Source: an uncultured Erysipelotrichaceae bacterium
GTDB lineage: Bacteria; Bacillota_I; Bacilli_A; RFN20; CAG-826
DNA length: 62,173 nt
Assembly: GCA_902800645.1 (NCBI GenBank)
Contig: CADCFC010000004.1
Location: 1 to 62,173 of the forward strand
Direction: 5' to 3'
Shown: positions 55,128-62,173 of the stretch, one piece after another
How positions within the stretch are numbered: the stretch's first letter is position 1
How the letters are laid out: each line of letters starts with the position of its first letter
Translations under genes and position numbers: made by a program
Notes under the pieces: generated by a model
Told to the model about the DNA's origin: nothing
Databases searched by the model: none
The model's input: only the letters and a program-made list of their open reading frames with translations

Positions 55128-58100
55128 ATGAGAAGAGACGACGAATTTAATTTCGTAAAAGTCAATAATGATTCTCAACTTAAGGGGAGTGAATTTTCGT
55201 TTACTCCAAAAAACGAATCAGCTTCTTATACTGATAATCAATCGACAGTTACTAGAGATGAAGTGAACGATCAATTCACCTCTAATAGTGAACATAAAGA
55301 ACCAGAAGAACAAAGAAGACGTCGCGAAGAGAAAAAAGAAGACGCGAACAAAGAAAATAACGAATCACATGAATCTTCCGAAAGTGGAAGTAGTGGTTCA
55401 GAAGGATCTAGTAGTTCTTCAAGTAGTGCGTCTAGTGGAAGTAGCGCTTCTAGCGCAAGTGGTAGTACCGCTAGTGCGGTTACTGGTACAGTTGTTGGTG
55501 CCGCTACAGTCGCAGTTACAGCAATTGCGGCAGTTGCAGGACTTAATGTCATCACCGGTCAAAGCGCTCGCGTAAATATTGACATGTTTTCAGTTGAACA
55601 AACTGAAGTTATATATGGAGTTATCCTCTATACTGATAAAGAAGATTTCGGTAACTACATTATTACAGTAAGTAATCCTAGTTATAACGCTTCAAGACCA
55701 CTTCAAAAAGGACCTGATGGACCAGAAAGTAGTGATTGGCCTGAATTTGACCCTGCCACTGAAGGATGGTATAACGAAGGATCTTTTACTAACTTAACTC
55801 CAGGCAATCGATATGACGTTACTATTAAAGATTCTGGTATTGGTGGTAAAGTCCTTTATGAATCAACTTTCTTAACACCTAGCGCTCCTAATAACGTCTT
55901 TAATGGAGTTAATTTTGGTGGCGCAGATTATATGACTGATGAATTCACAGTCACTTTAGATTACTATGAAGCAACAACTGGCTACTTTAGTGATTTCTCT
56001 ATGGTTATTTCTAATGGTAGCGCATCGCCTTTAGAGCTTAGTTTAGAAGCCACTACTGAACCTCAAACAGTTAGTAGTGAAGACTTTAACTTAATGACTG
56101 ATAGCTTTAGCTACACTCTCGAATATAAAGAAAACGGAACAAGTAAACAAGATCAAGGAAACTTCGATTTCAATAATGGTGGTAAGAGAAAGAGTCAGCT
56201 CAATAGCATCACTGTTCAAGAAGGTGCAAACTTTGCTTATAACACCTTTGTTGTTAACGCTGATTTCACTGATAACTTCCATGTTATTACTGATGTATCT
56301 ATCACTTTCTTTGATGCGTATAGTGGAGCCCCAGGATATACATTCCCACTTGATATTGGCTATAACACTGTTTCTGCTGTTGTTGATGAAGAAGTGAAAC
56401 TTGATCTCACTGCTGGACCATATAATTATCGACTTAATTACTATTTGAAAGGTGATTTAAATCAAACCCCTGACTCATTTGATGATCAAGATCCTGTCAC
56501 CTTTGTTGATACATCTAGTAGTGCCTATTTCAATGGTATTACTATAAGTAATCCTGACTTCCAAACAAACTCGCTTGATGTAAAACTCGATTATTCTGAA
56601 GTTCTTGAGAATACATTAAAAGACTTCTCACTTAATATTAGTAATGGTACGACTTCAACTAATGTTGAACTTGATAACACAACTGAAGTTCAACCAATTA
56701 ACTTATCTCACGTTCCTGAATTTAATTTTAATGAGGATGACTATACTTACACTCTTACATTTACTAACGGTCATAATGATCCTACTTCTGTCCCTGGTGA
56801 ATTTAGCTTTAAAGGTCAGGCCAAATCAGAAGTTAATGGAGTAACGATTGACAAAGAGATTAATTTTGATACAGGTGAATTCTTAATTGAATTAGACATG
56901 CATAATGATTTAGGTTTACTCTCTAACTTCACCTTTACGCTTGTCGACGTTGACCTTGACCAAGAAGTATGTACTGAAAACTTGATGCCAGAAAGAACTG
57001 CTCAAACCGTTACCGCTCCAATTGAAACCAATTGTGATTATGCACGTGATAACTTTAGATACATCCTTAATTATCAAGATAATGGAGCTAGTATGACTTA
57101 TAACCCAAGAGATACAGATCCAACTTATTCTTTTAGATTTGAAATTTCTCCAGATCAAGAACCGGAAATTGATGTGGTAGTTAATGAAAAAGCTGACTTT
57201 GTTGGCAATAAACTTCACGCTACTTTAACGTATAACGATCCACATAACTTCTTCCGTGACACTACTATGTGGCTACACATTATACTTGCGGGAGAGACAT
57301 CATATCGTGAATTTGACTTAACTAAGACTAGTGGTGTTTCTCAAGATGTTGAAATTGACTCTACCAAAGATTTCGTTATTAGTGATCACCCATCATTTGA
57401 ATATTACTTGGATTACACGCTTCCAGGCGCTTTATCGAGAAGGACAACTCGTAAATCAATTACAGTTAAAGATGAAACACTACCAGAAGTTACTGGTCTC
57501 AATACTGACTTTGTTGCTTATGATAGATATGTAGGATCACCTCTTACACAAGTTTATCAGATGGCGTTCCAAGTCGAATACACTGATGACTATTCAATGT
57601 ATAGTGGCTTCACATTAGAGTGTACTTCTCTATATGGCACAATGACTAAGACATTAACAATGACTAAGGGATGGCAATATGTAACATTCTCTGATAGTGA
57701 TAGAGATACAATGGGTGACATACTTACGAATAACGAAGGAGTTACATTTACTCTTAAAGCTAGTAAAACTGGAGAAACTACCTATGATGAGTTCTCTCTT
57801 GATGAAACTCAATTAACAAATGGAGGAAGCACTGCTATAGTCCACGGAGTGTGGTTTGATAGCTACATGGTTAGTGGTGATTCTATAGACTTAAGTTACT
57901 TAATTTACGATAATGCAAGCACATTCACTAATTACTCATTGAGGTTTGTAGGATCTAACAGCAGTACAGAAGAATATAGTGTTTCTGTAACTATTACATC
58001 AAGTGACACTGCCGCAACAGTTAGCGTGACACTAACAAGTGATATACTTTCTATTTTAGAAAGTCATAATGCTGATGTTGTGTTTGCTTATACGCAAGGC

Positions 58101-58157
58101 ACAGTGGATAAAACAGAAGTGATTTGTACAAATCAACATTTCACAATTAGAAACTAA
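55128..58157 (+). CDS. Orphan type II membrane-anchored surface protein with tandem divergent ~100-aa modules
   Basis: There is no signal peptide. A charged and poly-Ser N-terminal tail is followed by a single TM (VVGAATVAVTAIAAVAGLNVI) at about aa 120-140 and an 870-aa ectodomain. I recognise no family. Confidence 0.5.
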   Translation: MRRDDEFNFVKVNNDSQLKGSEFSFTPKNESASYTDNQSTVTRDEVNDQFTSNSEHKEPEEQRRRREEKKEDANKENNESHESSESGSSGSEGSSSSSSSASSGSSASSASGSTASAVTGTVVGAATVAVTAIAAVAGLNVITGQSARVNIDMFSVEQTEVIYGVILYTDKEDFGNYIITVSNPSYNASRPLQKGPDGPESSDWPEFDPATEGWYNEGSFTNLTPGNRYDVTIKDSGIGGKVLYESTFLTPSAPNNVFNGVNFGGADYMTDEFTVTLDYYEATTGYFSDFSMVISNGSASPLELSLEATTEPQTVSSEDFNLMTDSFSYTLEYKENGTSKQDQGNFDFNNGGKRKSQLNSITVQEGANFAYNTFVVNADFTDNFHVITDVSITFFDAYSGAPGYTFPLDIGYNTVSAVVDEEVKLDLTAGPYNYRLNYYLKGDLNQTPDSFDDQDPVTFVDTSSSAYFNGITISNPDFQTNSLDVKLDYSEVLENTLKDFSLNISNGTTSTNVELDNTTEVQPINLSHVPEFNFNEDDYTYTLTFTNGHNDPTSVPGEFSFKGQAKSEVNGVTIDKEINFDTGEFLIELDMHNDLGLLSNFTFTLVDVDLDQEVCTENLMPERTAQTVTAPIETNCDYARDNFRYILNYQDNGASMTYNPRDTDPTYSFRFEISPDQEPEIDVVVNEKADFVGNKLHATLTYNDPHNFFRDTTMWLHIILAGETSYREFDLTKTSGVSQDVEIDSTKDFVISDHPSFEYYLDYTLPGALSRRTTRKSITVKDETLPEVTGLNTDFVAYDRYVGSPLTQVYQMAFQVEYTDDYSMYSGFTLECTSLYGTMTKTLTMTKGWQYVTFSDSDRDTMGDILTNNEGVTFTLKASKTGETTYDEFSLDETQLTNGGSTAIVHGVWFDSYMVSGDSIDLSYLIYDNASTFTNYSLRFVGSNSSTEEYSVSVTITSSDTAATVSVTLTSDILSILESHNADVVFAYTQGTVDKTEVICTNQHFTIRN
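55899..58154 (+). repeat. About 7 divergent tandem protein modules of 95-115 aa within the 1009-aa protein
   Basis: The recurring pattern is [FV]NG[VI]..........[LF].V.LDY......F.L.......... ...F.Y.L.Y. For example, FNGVNFGGADYMTDEFTVTLDYYE...FSYTLEYKENG compares with FNGITISNPDFQTNSLDVKLDYSE...YTYTLTFTNG. The repeat is visible at protein level only. Confidence 0.5.
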
Positions 58158-58171
58158 AAGGAGGCATTTAT

Positions 58172-59263
58172 ATGAGTGCAAAAACAAAAACAGCGAGCGA
58201 TCTCAAAAGAAGGAACATTGTCCTTTGGGCACTTTATGGGGTCCTAGTCGTCATTACCGTTATCGGATTCGTTTTCTCTAGAGAAATATTTGGATGGAGC
58301 GAACTCGTTGATGATGGAATGGGTGGAACAATTACTATTTGGCACGGATTCTTTAGAAACCAAAATAGTAATGACCCAACAATGAAATGGATTTTATGTA
58401 ACTTAACTCCAAATCTTGTAAAAACAGTTCAAATCATTACTATCGCTATTGCATTAGCAATCTTAATTCATTATGCAGCGAAACTTACCTTCCATTCTCA
58501 AAAAGGTATGACAATCTCTAAATTGATTGTTAACTTCTTAAAATGGATTATCGCTATTGCGACACTATTCTTCATCTTAGATGCATGGGGCGCTCCTGCA
58601 ACTGCAATGCTCGCTAGTGCTGGTGTTGTTACTCTTATCATAGGTCTTGGTTCACAAGCTCTTGTCGCTGACATTTTAGCGGGTGTATTCATCGTCTTTG
58701 AAGGTGACTTCCAAGTTGGTGATATCATCATCGTTGATGGTTGGAGAGGTGAAGTTCAAGCAATCGGTATTAGAACCACTAAATTAATCGACGCTGGTGG
58801 AAACGTGAAGATTGTTAATAATAGTGAAATCAAAACTATCATTAACCAAACCAAAGAACTCTCTATTGCTAAATGCTATGTGAGTATTGGTTACGAAGCT
58901 CGTATTGAAAACGTTGAGGCTGTTATCGCTGATAACATTGAACGCTTAAAAGAAAAGATTCCTGATATCGTTGAAGGTCCTTACTATAAAGGTGTAGCGG
59001 AACTTGGAGAAAGTTCAGTCAACTTACTCTTTGTCGCTAAATGTAAGGAAAATGATATCTACCAAGTTCAAAGAGATATGAATAGAGAAATCAAGATTCT
59101 CTTTGATGACAACAATATCAATATTCCATTCAACCAAGTTGTTGTTCATATGGGTGAGGAAGACAAACCAAAAGAAATCGTTTCTAGAAAAACTCTTAAG
59201 AAAGCAGAAGAGTTCACCGAAGAACAAAAAGAGCTTTCTAAAGATGTTGATGTTAAGAAATAA
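58172..59263 (+). CDS. Mechanosensitive ion channel (MscS family)
   Basis: TM helices are followed by the MscS signature LIIGLGSQALVADILAGVFIVFEGDFQVGDII...G.V..IG.R.T. Confidence 0.85.
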   Translation: MSAKTKTASDLKRRNIVLWALYGVLVVITVIGFVFSREIFGWSELVDDGMGGTITIWHGFFRNQNSNDPTMKWILCNLTPNLVKTVQIITIAIALAILIHYAAKLTFHSQKGMTISKLIVNFLKWIIAIATLFFILDAWGAPATAMLASAGVVTLIIGLGSQALVADILAGVFIVFEGDFQVGDIIIVDGWRGEVQAIGIRTTKLIDAGGNVKIVNNSEIKTIINQTKELSIAKCYVSIGYEARIENVEAVIADNIERLKEKIPDIVEGPYYKGVAELGESSVNLLFVAKCKENDIYQVQRDMNREIKILFDDNNINIPFNQVVVHMGEEDKPKEIVSRKTLKKAEEFTEEQKELSKDVDVKK

Positions 59264-59320
59264 TTAACTCATATTTATATATAGCGAAGACGTCTAGATA
59301 TAGGCGTTTTCTTTTATTTG

Positions 59321-59349
59321 TTGAGATATTATTTACAATAACGTATACT
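59321..59349 (+). promoter_or_regulatory. Candidate promoter TTGAGA-17 nt-TATACT
   Basis: Near-consensus hexamers lie about 110 nt upstream of ATG 59463, which has its own SD (GGAAAGGAAA). Confidence 0.45.
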
Positions 59350-59462
59350 TTTATTGTTAATAACATGATAGGAAAATGTTTTGTTAATATCTTGATTTAA
59401 CGGGATTTTTTCGACATTTTTTTACGTGTTTAGCCTATATAGTTAGGCGGAAAGGAAATTTT

Positions 59463-62003
59463 ATGAACAAACTTTTCACAAAGATTGCCTCTCTAAGCGT
59501 TGGTCTAGCGATGGCAGTCGGTGTTGGTGTAGCTCTTGGCCATGATTCTTTGATCAAAGTTGAAGCTGTTGATCCAACAACGATTAGTTTTGATGGCACA
59601 TATAGTGGAATCAAAGCTCAGGCAGATGTTACTGCAGATACTTTGTATCAATCTACAGATGATTTTAGTTCTACTATGCACATTAATTATATGAACTGTT
59701 ACTATAATAAAGGCTACCTGATGATGTCCTCCAAAGGGTTTAAGAGCGTGGCTATGTTCTCTAATCATGATGCTATGGCTGATGACATCTCTTCTATTGT
59801 TGTCACAAAGTCATCTTCTTGCTCTGGCAGTGCGAACTTTTATGTTACTACAAGCGCTACTGAAGTAACAACAAATACTGGTGCAGGAACACCACAATCT
59901 ACCGGTGCAGCTGCATACACTTATGAAGTTCCAAGTGGTACCTCACATAGATATTTTGCTATTTATAGTACTAATACAAAGTACAACGGGCAAATTGCGT
60001 CAATTGTTGTTAATTATACTTCTGGAACAGTTGTGAATGTTACTGGAGTGACTCTTGATACAAACGCTATTTCTCTTCAAGAAGGAGAAAGCCAAACTTT
60101 AGTTGCGACAGTAGCGCCTTCTGATGCATCAAATAAAGCGGTCACTTGGTCGACAAGCGATGATAAAGTGGCTAAGGTTACTAACGGTAAAGTTGATGCT
60201 CTCCTTGCTGGAAGTGCCACAATTACTGTTACTACTGCAGATGGAGGATTTACAGCAAACTGTGCTGTCACAGTCACTTCTGCATCAGTAGTTGATCCTG
60301 TTGTTACTGATAATACTGTCACTTGGGATTTAACCAAAAAGTCATATAGTGTTGCTTCAGAGGATGAAGTAACATGGAATTCAGATTATGCTTCAGTTAC
60401 TGTCATTAGGACTGATTCTACTAAGACTGCAGCCAACAATTATCTCCCACCAGCCTATAATTCTTCTAGAATATACGGTGCAAGCACATTTACTATTGCA
60501 CCTAAAACTAATTACAAGGTTGATTCTATTACAATAACTGCTGGTTCAGATAATTATGGAAAAATTTTAGCAGACAATGCTACTTGGACGAATGCTTCCG
60601 CTACAAGAGAAGCAAATGTTGTAACAATCGTTCCAGTTGATGGAACAGCTGCGGCATCTATGGTTGCTACTGGTACATGTGGAATGACTTCTATTTCTGT
60701 TCAATTTAGTGATGCTGGTACACCAGAAGTTTTGGATCATATTACCTTAAGTGGTGAGCCAACAAACAAAACTGTTGCTGTTGGTGATGCTGCCTCTACT
60801 GATGGTTTAGTTGTTACCGCGTATTATGAAGGCGGTACAGAAAAAAATGTCACTGCTAGTGCAACTTGGACAAGAAATCCTGCAACAATGGCGTTAACCG
60901 ATACAAGTGTTACTTTCACTGCTCAATTTGGTGGCAAGACAAGTAATTCTTTAGTGGTTAATGGTTATACAGTTACTGATGGAACTACACCAATTAAATG
61001 GTTCTTTGATAACCCAACTGAAATCGTTTCCTCTACTTATTACCAAGTTAAAGGAACATGTATTGGTATTAATGGTAATTCTTATTACTTACAACAAGAT
61101 GATCATGGCATTTTAATCTATGGCGGAGGATCTGTAACCCCACCAGAAGGTATTGCTATTGGAAAACTTGTTAAGGTCACAGCAAAAGTAACATTTTATT
61201 CAAAATCAGGATGGGCAGAAGGCATCTTTGAATCAAATGGCATTCAAAGTGCTGAAGTTATTGGTGATGGTGTTTTACCAGCCGCTGTTACTGTTTCTTC
61301 CTTAAGTGGATTTGAATCAGCAAATCAAAATACATATGTCACATTTAACGGTTTAAGAAACGTTACTGTTACTCAAGCCGCTTCATCTTCTCAAGAAGGT
61401 TTCGCTACTGCAGAAGACGCTGATGGAAACACCGTGAATATCTATATTCCAAAATTCATTAGTGATCCAAAGAGTGTTACTGATGCATTAAGCGCAATTG
61501 CTGCTACATCTACATTTGATGTTACTAGAGGTGTTGTCGCTATTGCTTCCGGTGGAACTAATGCTGGTAAGAGACAAGTATTAATGCTTAGAGCAGATCA
61601 AATCGTTGAACATACTGCAGAAGCCGATTTAGTCCAAGATTGGATTGATGAATATATGCATATGGACGATCCTGATTATGAAGGCGATGGCAAAGGTTAT
61701 TGTAAGTCACAAAATACTTACGCAACCGCCAAGAGTGCATTACTTGCTTTAGGAGAAACTTTAGTTCAAAAATTTGCTACTGATGAAGACGGCAAATATA
61801 CTGCTGCTCTAGCAAGATATAATGAATGGGCAAGAATTAACCATGACTCAAAACCATTCGAAGATGACTTTACATTCATGGTTTTATACAAGACTCCATT
61901 TAATATTAACAATGGTGGATTTGTAATTATTATTGCTTCATTATCCATTACCGCTATTGCTGTTGGATTATATTTCATTCTTCGTAAGAAAAAAGCAAAA
62001 TAA
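59463..62003 (+). CDS. Surface protein with Big_2 and other Ig-like domains, an OB-fold-like region and a C-terminal TM anchor
   Basis: A signal peptide is present. The Big_2 domain reads VTGVTLDTNAISLQEGESQTLVATVAPSDASNKAVTWSTSD. An Ig-like module reads LDHITLSGEPTNKTVAVGD...VVTAYYEGG. The C-terminus is NNGG plus a hydrophobic helix plus RKKKAK, with no LPXTG. Confidence 0.6.
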   Translation: MNKLFTKIASLSVGLAMAVGVGVALGHDSLIKVEAVDPTTISFDGTYSGIKAQADVTADTLYQSTDDFSSTMHINYMNCYYNKGYLMMSSKGFKSVAMFSNHDAMADDISSIVVTKSSSCSGSANFYVTTSATEVTTNTGAGTPQSTGAAAYTYEVPSGTSHRYFAIYSTNTKYNGQIASIVVNYTSGTVVNVTGVTLDTNAISLQEGESQTLVATVAPSDASNKAVTWSTSDDKVAKVTNGKVDALLAGSATITVTTADGGFTANCAVTVTSASVVDPVVTDNTVTWDLTKKSYSVASEDEVTWNSDYASVTVIRTDSTKTAANNYLPPAYNSSRIYGASTFTIAPKTNYKVDSITITAGSDNYGKILADNATWTNASATREANVVTIVPVDGTAAASMVATGTCGMTSISVQFSDAGTPEVLDHITLSGEPTNKTVAVGDAASTDGLVVTAYYEGGTEKNVTASATWTRNPATMALTDTSVTFTAQFGGKTSNSLVVNGYTVTDGTTPIKWFFDNPTEIVSSTYYQVKGTCIGINGNSYYLQQDDHGILIYGGGSVTPPEGIAIGKLVKVTAKVTFYSKSGWAEGIFESNGIQSAEVIGDGVLPAAVTVSSLSGFESANQNTYVTFNGLRNVTVTQAASSSQEGFATAEDADGNTVNIYIPKFISDPKSVTDALSAIAATSTFDVTRGVVAIASGGTNAGKRQVLMLRADQIVEHTAEADLVQDWIDEYMHMDDPDYEGDGKGYCKSQNTYATAKSALLALGETLVQKFATDEDGKYTAALARYNEWARINHDSKPFEDDFTFMVLYKTPFNINNGGFVIIIASLSITAIAVGLYFILRKKKAK

Positions 62004-62033
62004 TTGATAAGTAAATTGCTTATTTAAAAACAA

Positions 62034-62060
62034 GGGTTAGAGGCAACTCTAACTCTTTTT
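62034..62060 (+). terminator. Intrinsic terminator
   Basis: GGGTTAGAG/CTCTAACTC stem, a GCAA loop and a T5 run. Confidence 0.6.
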
Positions 62061-62173
62061 ATATATAATCAACATTCCTATTCATCACCTTGTTGATAAT
62101 AGTTGAAATAAAATTAGATAAGCAAAATCAAGCAAAAACTCCATTCCACGACAAAAACAACTATCAAATTATG

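Noticed and set aside
55271-55575. Overlapping 94-aa (-) and 95-aa (+) ORFs
   Set aside because: They fall within the Ser/Glu/Lys low-complexity coding tract of the 1009-aa gene and are low-complexity artefacts.
1-62173. Mycoplasma-type genetic code 4 (TGA = Trp), considered because of the Mollicutes-like surface proteins
   Set aside because: TGA terminates genes exactly where the next gene begins (ATGA at 9747-9750 and 48369-48372). Trp is encoded by TGG throughout.
1-62173. CRISPR arrays, IS elements, prophage genes, toxin-antitoxin or known defence systems
   Set aside because: Intergenic regions are all under 400 nt with no spaced direct repeats. No ORF shows nuclease, recombinase, transposase or phage structural motifs that I can recognise.

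Overview
This is an AT-rich, densely coding 62-kb window from a low-GC Bacillota or Mollicutes-like anaerobe. It uses the standard code: TGA is a stop at 9748-9750 and 48370-48372. I found no transposase, integrase, CRISPR array or prophage genes. The window falls into four blocks.

(1) 1.6-18.5 kb is an accessory surface-protein locus made of two convergent operons flanking a desulfoferrodoxin gene. Both operons carry the same three module classes: exported lipoproteins with a type I dehydroquinase-like TIM barrel, GLUG-repeat beta-helix-like surface proteins, and SGNH/SASA esterase-like proteins. Cys-rich and ConA-like modules are shuffled among them. I consider this the best candidate for an undescribed system.

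(2) 18.6-37.9 kb is mostly housekeeping. It holds an FAD oxidoreductase, tRNA-Met and tRNA-Ala, an SRP RNA hidden under an ORF-track extension of tadA, psuG, a TetR regulator, an alcohol dehydrogenase, mgtE, tldD/pmbA, a glycosyltransferase, a guanine-deaminase-like gene, gdhA-DUF1015-serC-serA, carbamate kinase, lgt and a CPBP protease.

(3) 38.0-54.1 kb is a 14-gene operon of the ygeW/ygeY/ssnA/hyuA molybdenum-hydroxylase type, associated with anaerobic purine/urate catabolism. It contains two complete three-subunit Mo-hydroxylases in opposite gene order, a PreA-like flavoprotein and two PALP-fold enzymes.

(4) 54.2-62.0 kb holds a nitroreductase, a NifX-like protein, an orphan 1009-aa membrane-anchored protein built from about 7 divergent 100-aa modules, an MscS channel and a Big_2 surface protein.

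Several operon-head genes have a -10 box 6-8 nt upstream of the ATG and no Shine-Dalgarno sequence, which suggests leaderless mRNAs. All domain calls are by-eye motif recognition and need HMM or structure confirmation.
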